A program made the translations under genes and the position numbers. The notes below the pieces were generated by a model. That model saw nothing but the letters and a program-made list of their open reading frames with translations, was not told where the DNA came from and ran no database searches. A stretch of DNA of 63,233 nucleotides, filler included, from Craspedostauros australis (lineage: Eukaryota), in NCBI GenBank assembly GCA_030167865.1. It is 11 parts of 11 records of this genome, joined end to end, with 100 filler letters (N's around TTAATTAATTAA, not from the genome) between each part and the next. Parts side by side here need not be neighbours in the genome. Positions count along the whole stretch, not along the records: positions 1 to 19,567 come from JALAGF010004748.1; positions 19,668 to 27,326 come from JALAGF010004750.1; 9 more parts are not named here. One strand, 5' to 3'. Below are positions 11,600 to 25,231 of this stretch, in pieces. Numbering within the stretch: the stretch's first letter is position 1; every line of letters starts with the position of its first letter.

Positions 11600-12030
11600 A
11601 GGAGATCTTTGAAATCTGACACCAGAGAACAAGGGTGCCAATGACAGGATCATCGGACCCCTCCCCAACGAAATTGCGATTCCCATACAAGACTGACGGA
11701 CCGAGGGAACAGTACCACGCAGGAACATGCACCAAAAACCTTCGCCTCGCTCTAGACCCGACGAAAGGGCCCCTCCCGTGGTACTGGAGCTACGCAAACC
11801 CTACGACCCTTCTTGAGGGTCATCACAGGAGATCTCTCCCAAAACAAGAAGCATAGCATTAACTCTCATAATCCACACGTTTCTTCGCCCATCATTAGTA
11901 CTCTCAATCAACTCCTTGTGATCAGAAGACTCATGTTTGGACCGCTTGCCAATCAAGCCTCTGCCTACAGCTAACAACAGCCAACAAAGACCACAACCAT
12001 TTCGTTTGGGCTCTAATAGGGTGAAACGCC
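11600..12030. repeat. Unclassified dispersed repeat, paralogous to 24100-24353 plus 25232-25390
   Basis: Shared blocks include CACAGGAGATC, CATAGCA.TAA..CATAATCC, CACGTTTCTTC.CCCATCAT and GCTTGCCAATCAAGCCTCT. Confidence 0.75.
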
Positions 12031-12039
12031 ATCAGTATG

Positions 12040-13317
12040 ACTCCTCGGCAGCTCTCGATATTTGGGCGAATCTCAACATTCGAGCAAATGCGGAGGCGGA
12101 ACGGCACTGGGAGATGGCCTCCCAGCTCCCGGCCATTGATAAGTGGACTATGTCCGCGGAAGTGTGGCGGGTCAGCTGGTCCAGTGCACCCTACTTGCAC
12201 TTGGACTCCGCCAAAATGGAGTCAGTGGCGCAGCAGCAGGATATTGATGAATACTGGCGGTCCAAGCACGGATGGAGCAGCGAGGATCTCTTCTCGGTTG
12301 ACTGGGTTGCGTATTCCAAAGCGCGCAAGTTCTTGGCGGCTCGAGACAGCGTCAAGTTCATCACCAAGCTTTTGACAGGATTCATGGCGGTGGGGCGAAA
12401 GATGAAACAGATAGGGCAGCAGGAGGACTCTGCATGCCCAGGATGTCGACAGGAGGAAAAAGTGACACATCTCCTTACTTGTGGTGAGTATGAGGAGGCG
12501 TGGGAGGAGTCAGTGATGGAGTTGCTGGACTACATGGTCGCAGTAGGCACATGCCCCCTAGTGGTGGGAGGTATGCGCCAAGGCATGAGAAGGTCAAAGC
12601 GTAAAGTCAAGCTGGCAGGCCCTCAGAGAGCGGTGGGGTGGCTCCTGCTGCTCCAGGGCTTTCTGCATGTTGACTGGAGGATGCAGCATGAAGCATGGAT
12701 GCAGGATAACCTGTCCAAGCACCGTACGGCGGAAGCTTGGGCGGCTGATGTGATACGCTGTATTTGGAAGATTCCCTGGTCGGTTTGGACCGCGAGAAAC
12801 TATAAGGTCCACGAGGCGCCGGGCTCGGAGGCAGTGCGCACGCGAGAATTCGCAAGGCGGCTCCGCTCCTTTCAACCCCCGGCATAACGCTGCGCGAGGC
12901 GCAGATTCTTCAACAAGGCGGGGTGGCCGAAACCGGCTCTCAACAACAAGTACAGCAATGGATCGAACTGCCGAAATGGGTCAGGGAGGACGCACGTGCC
13001 AGGCAGCGGCAGCAGTCCATGCAACAGGAGCGCTCGCTCATGGCCGAGTGGCTCACCAGACCCTAACCGCGACTTCGACGGCTCGCTCGACCGCGGGTCC
13101 TAGTGGGGCCCGCCTAGACGAGGGTAAAGCCCATAGCGGCACGTAACGTATTCTGTTGGTATACGGTCGAAGGCCAGACGGAGCAGCAAATGAACCCCTG
13201 TTCACAGCCTCAGCAGAGACAACAGAGACGAGTCATAATAACTTCACATCACACACACACACACACACTACTCGTATCGTCTCCCGATCATCACATATTC
13301 TCTGAGTTATTATTATT
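12040..13317 (+). mobile_element. 3' portion of an RNase-H-type non-LTR retrotransposon (Ambal-like), with tail
   Basis: Motifs ANAEAERH, VDW, CPGC..E..THLLTC, GW..LLQG.L..DW and WTARN parallel the ORF at 58751-61444. Ends in TGAGTTATTATTATT. Confidence 0.8.
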
Positions 13318-13639
13318 GACGCTCGTCATGGTCGCGAGTGGCTGCGGAGATCTGCGCTTGATCGGGGCTGAGTTGGTAGGGATCGAGGTCATCTGTTCGA
13401 CCTGGGTTGGTGGGCAGGACGAAGGGGACTTCTGCCTGCGTGTGATATACGGTCTCCTTCGCGGTGACGGCGAGGTGGGCGAGGTGCCCATTGCGGAGCG
13501 GCAAGTAGACTGAAGCTGCGTTGGCGCGAAGATGGAGGCTGAGAGCTGCGATGCTCTCGAAGTCGGGCCATCCCATGACGGGGGCGATGATCGGGTTGGT
13601 GAACCCTTCGAGGAGGGCTTCGGGCTTGGTGGTGGCCAT
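13318..13639 (-). pseudogene. gag: N-terminal gag fragment of another CoDi-type Copia, cut by the LINE tail
   Basis: MATTKP..GWPDFESI..L.ANAASV...GHLAHLAVT...FVLPTNPG matches the diatom Copia Gag N-terminal pattern as recalled. Confidence 0.7.
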
Positions 13640-16012
13640 GGTGACAACACGATGTACAGCTATCAATAAACGCAAGTGCGTAAACGAATGATGTACATTA
13701 GTTTATGAGCTTTTGTGGTGCTGGAGTCGAACTGGTGCTTGCTGCTGCTGTTTGCTGTTGGTGCACAAATGGATTGAGTGACGTATGTCCCTTGCATCCA
13801 TCACTCATGTTCTAGCACAGCAGCTCCATCGCAGTGGCAACATAACTACACTATGTGGATCTAACAGGAGTCTGAGACACTGTGTTGAGCCCCGTTCTTT
13901 TGTAATACATCTTTCATGTTTCGTAGATCGACTTGGTGCCTTCTCGTTGTTTCATGATGGTTCGTACTCGTCATCAGACAGCCTCCCTTTGCATGTGACC
14001 CAAATCATGTGATTGTTGCCATTTGGCCGCTCCGATGGAAAATGTGGGTGTTAGTTTTGTTGATGAAAGTTTGGCGCACTTCCGTCCAATCCATCCTAAA
14101 TCAAGCCCCATCTTTGAGAGAATTAGCCGCACCGGGCCTAAGTATTGGGCGCACTTCGATTTGGCGGAGGGTGCGCGACAGCATAGTTGTGTCATTGAAA
14201 ACCGGCGACAGGCGTTATTCCGTGCGCGATGATTCGAGACATGAATCGCAGAAACCAAGCTGGCACGACGAAAGCGCATAGTACTCACCGCGCAGCTCCA
14301 TCCATCCACAATCACGCACCGCAACCCTTTATACTATGCTCGTACATATCTTGCGTTGTGCATTCAATTTGAGTACAATACTTTGGCTCGTACGTGTATT
14401 AAGTCATTTTATGTAATATAATACCAGAGTGCGTATTGGATCCAGGGTCTAAATCAACATACACAGCACAATGCCTTGCCTGTCAGCGATGCACCCATCC
14501 AGCCGCTTCCCTGTCATCCATTTCCTCCTCTGGTCGTTTGCTTGAATCACGTCTACGTCTAGTATCCGCAGCCTCGTTCTCCAAAGTTGCTCCTCTCTCT
14601 GTTTCGGTTGCCCCGCGGCGAATCGTTGGCAGGCAGTCCTTCTTGGATGATTCCTTGGCCATTTGCGAGCGCACCTTCAACGCCCGTAAAGACCAAGCGT
14701 GACGGAGAGTACGCATCGAACCGACCCAATGCAGACAAGACGAGAAGGAACAGGAAAAGTTCATGGACTCAGCATCGATGCAAAGTGTGTACAAGTGTGC
14801 GTCTGATAGACCTTCAATCTATTTCACACCTCCAGTGTCTCTCTCCAGACCTGAATGCCGTCCATGTACAGGAGCTCGTGTGTGCTCTAGCTCGCAGTTG
14901 AAACGTTTCCTGTCTCGATTCTTGCTGGAGAGGAGCAAGGCTCGTGCATCGCGCATCAGGCTCACACAAGAGAAGGAACTGCTCAGCATGTGGGTGGGTG
15001 CCATCGAGGCAGTTGGGCCGTTTCGTTGCGTCCACAAGTTCAAGATGTTGGTCGGTGTCATTGATGAGTCATTACGGAATATCAGAGGACCCAACTGTTT
15101 TCGGCATTGCGCGTGCCATGTTGCCTTCGACATGTACTTTTTCTCCCTAACATTAATTGAATAGCATTGTCCCGTCACGGTGCAACCTTGTTCGGCTTTT
15201 GACAAAGCAATTACTTATGGCGCTGGTGACCGGAGGCTAGGTTGTGGTCGTAGTTGATCTCCACTGTTCTTGGCGTGCGTGCGGACTATTCTGAAGCGCG
15301 TTAAATATATCGCTGAGTACCGAATGAGCCTTTTATCACAACAGAGAGTGACTTGCTTTCTTTTCCCTCTTTCTTCTTTCACTTTGTGAGGTGTTAACTG
15401 GATCCGGCACAGAGGGTATTGCCGTTGAATTGGTTGGGCTTTGTTGTGCGTTGTGCTTCACGCGAAGCCGCGAGCAGCGAAGACATGGAATGGGGAGAAT
15501 CAGCGGTGATGTTGTAAGACTCGTAGTAGTACTGGTACAAGCTTCGCACTCCTGGGGGGATTTGAGAGGGCGAAGCTACCGGATCGTGAAGGAAAATGAT
15601 TGGACAAGAGAGAGAGAGGTGGAGATGACCGTGACGCTGCAGACGCTGGAGGCAAAAACTCTATTCTCAATGAAGCGTTCCAGCGCCAACAGAACTGCAT
15701 GCTTCGCGTGTGTCTCTCCGCAGGGAGCCAGACAGCGAAAAGGTAGGAGAAGAGCTGAGAGTGATGAAGCGTATGGGAGAGTGAGAGTGCAAGCGAGAGC
15801 CAGAGAGACCAACAACAATGTCAGAGTGAACACAGGAGCAACAGGAGTAGTAGTAGGACCAATCAGAGAACGACACCAGCAGGATCACGGTTGACGATCT
15901 TCGACAACAGTGAGAGACAGATAGACACGAAGAGAGACAGATCAAGCAGGAGCGTGGAGTTTCAGGAAGACAACGGATCGCAACCACTGACAGCTTTCAC
16001 GGCGGCCCTGCT

Positions 16013-19000
16013 TTGAAGACAAGCGAGAACTCGAGCGGGAGCTTCGATAAGAGTAGCCCGACCCGAGGAAGAGCAGCGGCAGAAGACGACACCAATACGA
16101 CTACAACTGGAATCAACAGAAACAAGCAGGAAGAGGAGGAAGATTCTGGGATCGAGTTGGCTTGTGTGAGGATTGATTCAAGGCACACACCAGATTGTAC
16201 GAGTACGACGGTAGTATCATCGGAGAGAAGGAAGAGAGACGAAGCATCCAACCGCGAGACGACGAGACGACGAGACGACGAGACGACGACAGAGCACATC
16301 GACGAGGAGACATCCAACGACGACGCAACGCCAAAAAGAACCAACGGAAGAACCAACGGAAGAAGACAACGTACGAGAACAAGACAAGAAGTGGAGAGCA
16401 GTCACAGCAGCAACAAGGAGGAAGAGGAGGAGGCCATCATGAGCAGCAGGAACGACTTTCACATGTCGAACGTGGCAAGTGATGATGAAAGTCTCATCGG
16501 ATCAGACGCCTCGTTCAACGAGTCCGAACGGTGAGTTGCGCTTGCCTGTCTACCTGTCTGCTTGTCTACCTGTCTACCTGTCTACCACAAGTGTCTTTCG
16601 CCTGGTAGATCGCCAGAGTCTTTCAATCCAGTGCCTTTGACTCCGGTGGCCCATGCTGGAGCAACGTGCGTGTCATCGAAGGATGGATCATCGAAGGATG
16701 GATCGAATACGCACTTGTCCACACAGGCACGGCTGTGTTTGACACGGATTGCCATCCATACTCGTAGGTGTATGGACTGAACTCATGCCCGAGAATGTGC
16801 ATGTGACGGTGATGCTGAGCAGCGTCAAGATGACAGCACAGAGGAAAGCTGTCTCATCAACATTTTCATGAACATTCTCTCCTCCATTGGACAACAACAC
16901 TCTTTGGAATGAATCCTTCTGGCGAATGCTATTTACTGATGGATGGAATCTGGCTTCGACCAACGGCGTCATGATCGACGGACTTCGAAATGGATTCATG
17001 GATGCACGCACGGATTGGCGAACGAACGAACGGATCAATGGACGGATCAATCAATCAATGGACGGATCGACGCATGGATGCAACGCTGGCTGACACATGA
17101 TCGTGCTGGATCGACGGAATCAACTCACCAACTCACGACCAATTTCACCACCGAACAAAACGAGCGCAGACGCGGACGTGGACGCGGACACGATGCAACC
17201 AGGAGTGGCCAACCCAGATTCCACACGCAGGGTGCAGGCAACCTGGCGGGCGCGTTGCCTCATCCGGGAAGCGGCCTTTCTGATGCAAGCACATTTTCAT
17301 CGCTTCAGAACGCTGGCATCGTACCTGTGAGGCAAGGCTGGTCTCATATCACCGAAACTCAGAACTCAGCCAACCCGGTAGCCGCGGCACGGATTTCGCG
17401 CCCTTCCTTCGAACGGCAGGAAGTTTCGCAACCAACGGCTGAGAATTCTTCATCGGTGCCAGCTTCGTCGACCTTAACTCCGGCCGAGCTCTACCAGCCG
17501 GGAACTTCCAGGACGATCGACCAGATGACGGAATGGTTACGATCCCATCCGCAGTACGGCTCGATCCCAGACTACATCAATGCCGTCGCTCAAAACGTGG
17601 ACCTGTCGCGACTTGCAGTGACACCAACCGTACCGATCCCAGAACCCGAGATGGACCCTGAGATTTTGCGGCTCGAAAGGGAGATCGCGGAGATGGACGC
17701 AGAGATAGAGGCAGAAAGGCAGGCAGAAAAAGAGGCGAATGCGGATTTCGATTTGTTTCGGATGATCCCGTTGGCACAACCTCAGGGTCCGCTCATTCGA
17801 GACGAAAGCTTCCACACAGCCGCAACTCGATTCAACATGCCCAGATCGTCTCGCGCGCGTGCGCGAAGGTACGTGGTACTGAAGACACACCGTCGAATCG
17901 TCGTTTCTCATGAATTCAAAGCAACAACCATTTCACATCATGCACTCCAGACCATGCGCTCCAGACCATGTACTCACACCTTGTCTGATCCTACTCGCTT
18001 CTACAATTCCATCCTCAAATACAACAACACTCCACTTCACAACGCTTCGCAACACAACACGACTGTACTATGCTCTGCTCTGCTCTATACTCATACACAC
18101 ATGCCGCTGTATACTCCGTGCATTCTCTCACCCAAGCCGAGACGCGATGAGTATGGACACGTCCATCCGAAGCGGCGATCGATTCACGGAAGGCTCGCGC
18201 CGAGAGGATAGAAGGTAAGGCTGTCGCGATGATGATGGGCCCAAAGAGGGCGATTGTGACTTCGCCTATGTTATGCACAAGTACACGCAACACACAACAT
18301 GGAACACGCAATAGCATTTCTGACATCCGCGCTTCTCCATTCCACGCTCGCTTCATTGCCATGCTCTCAACACATTCGTAACGATACCCACCTCCACCGT
18401 GATCACCATCACCATCACTGTCACCACCTCCGTCACCATCGCTGCCATCATCACCAGCATCAACCTCCGATCCATGGACGCAACGTTGCGGAGCGAAACA
18501 GCGCACGAGCGATCTCGCAGGATCACACAGTAAGTCATCAACACGCCCTGGCGATCATTCCACGAACAGTCACCGATGTTCAATTCGTCGTAAACACCGA
18601 CTGGTGGGATGAAGCGCTTTTCTTGCATCTCCCGTTTGTCTCACATCCTACTCCTCCCTTTTCTTCCAATCTTCCAATCTTCCCAATCGTATCTTGCGCC
18701 AACACTTCTCTTCATCAACACCAGGACGATTCTGCGCGACAATTGGACGGTGGATTCGTCAGTTCGGAGCGAATCGATGATGGAACGGTCCCGTCGCTTG
18801 AATAGGTAAGTGGAGCCAAATTGCAACGCGTCTCACTGCGCTGAACACGTACCATCTCGCGACGCTGCGCACACACGTCGTGGGGTTGGGAGCGATGCAA
18901 AGCCGCACCCGAAAACGCAGCGAGGCACGCTGATCAACGAAGTAGAGTCCAATCTTCTTGGGGATCATTGAATGCCCGCCTATCTGACACCGTCAGTCTT

Positions 19001-19567
19001 TCAAATTTCATTGCATTTGCATGTGCATTTACATTGCATCTATCTCATCATCCCTCCTGTCTACAGGGGTGTCGCAAGGGGCACCGGTGCCATCCGTATG
19101 CTGGAACGATCCGAGGAAGCGGCCCTGTTGATCCAGCACAAGTTCCGGGTCCACCGAGAGAGGGCGGCACTGCACCGCAGCACCATGTCGCTTGAGAGCT
19201 ATGAGGCCAATGCACATAGAGGCAATGGCCAACAGACAGACGACGTGCTCGTCAACCAGCAAGCATACCAGTGCATCTTTTCTTTCCAGACCGATGAAGA
19301 AGGCCGCGTCGTGGAGGACAACGGCAGCCACCAAGGAAGCCACGAAACTGAAGAGTTCTACGATGATCCAGCATACATCGACGAAGACGATAACGACAAC
19401 GGCAAGCGAGACAATCACACTGCTGACGAAGAACTTTCGCACGATGAACGGACAGGTGATGGGTCCGATGATGAATCCGAACAAGCACAGGGCTTCTTGA
19501 CACTCTTGTTTGTGGCTGCGGTTAGTATTGGCATGGTCTTGTGGAGGATCATATCATCATGTCTCCC
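16013..19567 (+). CDS. Multi-exon host gene, largely disordered and acidic, with an IQ-like motif and a transmembrane segment; truncated by the linker
   Basis: GT donors at ~16532, 17869, 18214, 18530 and 18806 with CAG/AAG acceptors. The last visible exon has AALLIQHKFRVHRER and FLTLLFVAAVSIGMVLW. Exon boundaries are approximate. Confidence 0.55.
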
Positions 19568-19667
19568 NNNNNNNNNNNNNNNNNNNNNNNNNNNNNNNNN
19601 NNNNNNNNNNNTTAATTAATTAANNNNNNNNNNNNNNNNNNNNNNNNNNNNNNNNNNNNNNNNNNNN
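19568..19667. other. Artificial 100-nt contig linker
   Basis: N44-TTAATTAATTAA-N44 (stops in all six frames). Confidence 0.97.
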
Positions 19668-20880
19668 ACACCAGGTGGTGGACCACCAGCTGACGTGCTA
19701 GGTATGAAGGGAAGCCCCATGTGCTTGTAACTTTCTGCTCTCCAAACTTCATTCTGCTGCATGACGTACCCCAGCCACTCGCCCTGCTGGGCTTCCGGGA
19801 CGAGCGGGGCGACGCCTATCGATCGGGAGCCCGTCGCTTGGATGGCACGCTCCGCCAATGCCTCAAACAGAGGGACAGTGACCAACGGCCAGGTCGAATT
19901 CGTTTGGATGGCATGTGCGGTGAGCGATGTACTGAATTCCTCCAATGTACCCACGATGTGCTCCCCATTCAATTCGTACACGGTGATGATTTGATTTGCA
20001 AAGTCGGTGAACTAGAGAGACATGTTGCATCCGCGTTTGCATTCATAGTTGCAGGTTGGTTTGGCGTGCGTAGCAGAGTTCGAGTTGGTGCACAAACAAG
20101 GGGAGAATGGAACCGCCGCATGGGCGTAGGTGGAGCCGTATGGTATGTACGGCAGAGCACGTGGGAAGAGGAAGGATGAGATCGGGAAGGATGGTTAGAG
20201 ATGAGATGCCAACGATGATGATCACCACCATGGTGGAAAGCCAGCCACATGCATTGCCTCCTCTTGGTGGAATCTCATGTGGGCAATTGCAGATCAACCA
20301 CTCCAGAACCGTACTCGTACTTGTACTTGTACTCGTACTTGTACTCGTGCTTCTGTGTCAATGTGGGACCGGCATTCCGTAAAACCGGATACGATAGTTT
20401 CATGCATACAATCTTCCATACGCTCCAACAAAAAGCACGTACTCTGGTGACGAGATCATCTTCCTGTTGCTGTGATGTGAAGAAGTATGTGATGGTCGCG
20501 AATGCAGCCATGGTGAGCAGCAGGACCATCACCAGCAGCATCTTGGAGCACGTCACGAGACGTTCCTCCTCCGCCGCGAGTGTGGAGGTGCTCATTGGCC
20601 GCGCCTTGTTGTCGATGCTGCTGGACGGTACCGAGGCATCGTCATCTTCCATCACAGACGACGCGGATTCATCATCGTTGTGTGGGTTTGGCAGCCGTAC
20701 GGCACTATTGTAGGTATGGCCATGGAAGGATTGGATCGATGTGGCTGGGGAATGGGTTGTTTCCGTGGGGCCCGAGTTGCCGCACGCGGCTTCATCGACT
20801 GTTGACGCAACAGCTGACTCCTGCGGTGCGTGCGATGCTGCTTGGACTCCATTGGGATTATTTCCGGAAAGCTGGACCAT
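19668..20880 (-). CDS. N-terminal part of a diatom-type receptor nucleotide cyclase/phosphodiesterase (exons 20880-20443 and 20011-19668)
   Basis: TM helix (SKMLLVMVLLL..TITYFF), a GTACGT...TAG intron spliced in frame, then FTDFANQII..NSTWPLVTVPLFE..APLV..EW..Y. The catalytic domain lies beyond the linker. Confidence 0.7.
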
Positions 20881-22299
20881 GGCTGCAGATGTCGGTGTTG
20901 CAGTCTGAAAGGGATGCAATGGGATGCAATGGGTCGTTGCGGAGACACAGGAGATGCGTGCGTTGGTTGCGAGAAAGTGATCAACAACGCGCGAGGATGG
21001 TATTATACGAGTTTGGTATGATACGAGTTTGGTATTATACGAGTATGGTGTGTAGGACCAATGTCAAGAGGGGAACGACGCGACGCCAATGCTGGTGTTG
21101 TTTGGATTGTGTCGATTGTCTTGAGACTACTGATACACGCATGCGTGGCATTGAGCCTTCTTCTCTTTGAAGTTGCCCAGCTGCGTGACGATCGTACCGC
21201 TTTCTGTTCACAAGGGCCCGATCACAATGACGTGGTTGAAGATCGTGGGACGATGACAAAAGATGCCCCGCCAATGAATGGCAGTTTTGCAAAATGCAAA
21301 ACCATCGCGACAACTCCCCGAGACAGCGTCGTTAAAGTCCATTCTCGTCACCAGATGCACACTCGCCCGCCCAGGAGAGGAACTCCCATAGGCGCACATT
21401 TCCTTCCTGTACATGAGTGCGACACGCCACCAACAGCACACCAGCACCGGCCTCCCGTACATTCCATCGTACAACAATCGCCGCTCATCGCAAAGTTCAA
21501 TCGCACCCAACAGTTAGGCACATTGAGTGTCGTTGACAAACAACAGGATGAAAATTGCGAACCAACTATGGGGTTGATTCCATGCGTTGCGACGAACATG
21601 GAGAAGCAATCCACGTACAATGATTATGTGAGCGGGTTGATGACTCCCAACGTCTGGGTCACCAGTGTGTGCACGGTGAGAGAAGAGTTGATCGCGGTGA
21701 TGTTCTTCGAAGCGAACTTGGCAGCAAGAGGGAGATAACAGTCCTGCAATCAATGTCCGTTTGTCAAGGGGAACTCTGCGCCTATTAAGTGTCAAAGTAC
21801 GACCTCCAGATACCGGAAAATGCGTGGAGCCTGTTGGCGATAACGCTACTTGTGGGGTTTTGTGGGTGACAAGTCGTGTTAAAGTCGACAAAAATAGAGC
21901 ACGCCCCAAACCATCCAAATTACTGCTTATGATGTTACATCTCAACAACACACCATTTAAAGATAAAACTAGACAGTGTATTCGGACGCTTGGCTATCAC
22001 TTACTCTGAATATCGAAGTTAAATTTGTATGAACTTTATTTTTAATGTCGTTTTGGCTTGCTGTCAGTCAGGTGGTGGGTGCAAAAAATTCTCGATGGCA
22101 CCATGCTGCCCTCCCTTCAGCACCCATGATCATCATCACCATCATCATCATCATCATCATCATTCTGGCATTTCCATATTCTGAGCACCACATTGGCTCC
22201 ACATATCCCCCATCTATCCACTCCATGAAGGACAAAAATCTGGGCGCATTGGATATCCCAAAGGCTCCCTGCACTGAAACGCAGAAATTTCGAACACCT

Positions 22300-22470
22300 G
22301 ATTCCGACACGGATGCCATTCGTATTTGGATCCGTATCTGTGGGATAATATGGTATCCGAGAATCACATACGGGACTCAACTGGTATCCAAGACACGAAT
22401 CGATCGACTCAAAGGTATCCGAGAGCCAGACATGTGACGCGATCGTATCCGAGACTGAAAAGGATCCCAG
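22300..22470. repeat. Cluster of GTATCC(GAG) motifs, possible subterminal repeats of a DNA transposon
   Basis: ggtatccgag, ggtatccaag, ggtatccgag and cgtatccgag within ~110 bp. Confidence 0.45.
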
Positions 22471-22676
22471 AAGCATAGCTCTACCGCCCCGCACAGTATA
22501 CTACTTCAAATCGGATCCTGGAAGAGAGGCATGATTGGTTCAAACGGTCCCGCCTACCAATGACACGGATGCACGATACATTCAAACCAAAAGAGGAGAA
22601 ACTTCAGATAGCAACGCGAATGCCAAGCAACTCAATGAAGCAACATCNNNNNNNNNNNNNNNNNNNNNNNNNNNNC

Positions 22677-23340
22677 ACAGTTACAATGCATTCCTAAGTT
22701 GCTAGTTGTCACCAGAGCCAAGCAGCGTCCTCGTCCAAACCAGGCGAGTCCACTGCTGGGAAACAACAGTATCTCGTTGATACAATCCTTGCAGCTCCTC
22801 CACATGCCCCTCATGTGTTCCCACATTCTCTGGCGACACACTGATATGTTCAGAATGGGTGGGGCGTTCATGCCTCCAAAGGTACATCTCCATGTGATGA
22901 TGCCACCATGGAGTTTTTGTGACACCCAAAAAAGACCCTTTCATGTGCATTCCAGGCTGCAGCCTCTTCCAGACCTTTTCTTTTTCTGGAGCTTCATGCA
23001 CTGATCTCTGAGTTAATTCTGAACACATCTTGAATGGGTGGCTTGGTGATCTGGGTGACTTGTTGATGGCACCCATCACCACCCAAGTCACGTGATGTGT
23101 CCGCCACCACCCACCAAAAAACTCCTGCCCTCCACTTGTTTCTTGCGTAGGGCACCTTCCAGGCCACCCCCAAGCCTCAAACTTTGTGTACATCTTCATT
23201 GTATCCTCTTGGATGCGTCTTGCCCATCCATGGTCGTTGGGATGGTCTGTGCATTCCAGGCAGAGACTATATCCAATGAGCGGATTTTCCTCCGAATCGT
23301 GTCGTTTGCGTGTGGGCCTGCCACGGTCCCAAATCAACCA
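22677..23340 (-). pseudogene. Degenerate PIF/Harbinger-like DDE transposase, N-terminal region
   Basis: Frameshifted remnants of the F...FR.N..S helix, GGITT..L and a ...SV....W....CIN HTH segment. Many stops. Confidence 0.45.
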
Positions 23341-24353
23341 CTATGGCATCCCCCTCTCGCTCATCCACCAATATTTCCATGGCGGTTCCGCCTATTCCCT
23401 CAGATCTTGCACTGGACCGCTGGTTATTGCAGTGCCGATGATGCCGTTCGACGGCGCTTGTGGAGTGTTGTTGTGTTTCTCCATTGTCGTGTCATTGTGT
23501 TGTGTTTGGTGTTCTCGACCAGTTTTTGCTGTTGGGGGCCACGGAGATTAACCACAATTCTACCGAATGCGCCCAACAATGGGAACACTTTGCGAGTCCC
23601 GAATTGCAAATCCATTCCACGACGCCAAACCGCTCCTCACAAAGTGGACAACGGAAACACTGCGCATCTCTGACGAGCTCCTCCTGTTTCAGTGCTGCTT
23701 GTAGTTGCAGCTTGTAAAAAAATATAGAATGACTGTGACCATCCTACATGGGCGAGAGTGGACGATACGAGGCACCTTGTGACTGTCCTCCCATGTTGTC
23801 TATGCCCCCTGTGATGTTCTGCGCTGTGCTGTGCGTCGATGGCTGATGATGCGCTGCGCTGTGTCGCTGTCCTCATGTTCTGGTGTGCCTTGCGACGCGC
23901 CTTTCTACTCAAATGCAGCCTCCATCAACACAGCACACACCATCCTCCATTCACTGCAGTCTGCACCTTGTAATAGAGCTAACTAGTAACCGCCTGAGAG
24001 AGAGACACTACGAACCATCTGACTCATCTGCAGTCCAGTCGATCGAATACACGCCTCATCCGCACCCATGTTTGGGGACCGATCCAGACCATTGAAGCAG
24101 ATCTTTGGGACCCGTGTCAAGTAAACAGAAGGGTTCCAATAACCAGGTCACCGAAATCCATCCTTGCCGAACTGCCAATACATGGGAACGGCGCCTCAAC
24201 AACGCGCATCAACACTCTTTGTCTCTCACAGAACTCAACCAAGGGATCTAGACCCATGATACTTGGGCTACGCAACCTGTACACACAGTCACTCAGGACA
24301 CCACAGGAGATCCTCCCTGCAGGGAAGAACCATAGCACTAATCCCATAATCCG

Positions 24354-25231
24354 TGTCGAGATGTACATGTGAGTATACGTCAAGATGTACGTGTATATGT
24401 GCATCGTTCACCCGCTATTCTCTCATACGCACTTGGACGGTATAACTACACTCGTGTCAATAGTATGCTGTGATTCGTCAGAATTACAGGGGAAATGGAA
24501 CACACGAAAAGGGGCAAGATTTCTGGAGGAAATTCGTAAATAACGATTTCTGGGAGAATCAGAAGATCGTCCGTCCATGCATCAATGGTACCAAGAGAAT
24601 CTCGAGGTACTTCCCAACTAAACCTCAGATGACGATATCATCTGACAGATTACTGCATCACCAATGGAACATGACATCTGGAGAGCAGAAGGACGCCTAC
24701 TGATGTCAACAGGATGTCATCATGTCACCACGTCGACAGCTGTCTCCAAGTCAGAACAGGAGGCAAAGATGCGATGACCCATGAAGATCATGGATACTGA
24801 AGGTGAACTTCAAATGGTAAGTACTCATGGAGTAGAAGCCAGTACTGAATGAACGGAGTGTCGAATGCAGAGCACGCATCAAACACGGAGTGTCGTGTAG
24901 CACGAGCACACGATGTTGAGAGAGAGAGAGAGAGAGAATACAGAGAGGAGCGAGAGAGGATCTCGCGTACCGACTCATAGTCGGAGACNNNNNNNNNNNN
25001 NNNNNNNNNNNNNNAGAGAGAATACAGAGAGGAGCGAGAGAGGATCTCGCGTACCGACTCATAGTCGGAGACTGAATCTACAAAACAGATTGAAGCGCTG
25101 AGAGCATTGGGCAAGAGAACGGCGTACACCGAGAGGATTGGAGTAGCCAAGTAATGAAATAGCAAACAGACGACTATCAACCAACACCATCTTCCACGAT
25201 CGTAGGTTACCGTGAGCGGAACTTGCCAACA
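24354..25231 (+). mobile_element. Solo LTR family A with 6-bp TSD AATCCG
   Basis: TGTCGAGA...TTGCCAACA, with AATCCG at 24348-24353 and 25232-25237. The empty-site paralog near 11870 has a single AATCCA. Confidence 0.92.

Noticed and set aside
24925..25072. Internal tandem duplication in solo LTR A
   Set aside because: Identical sequence either side of an N gap at an (AG)n tract, absent from other copies; scaffolding artefact.
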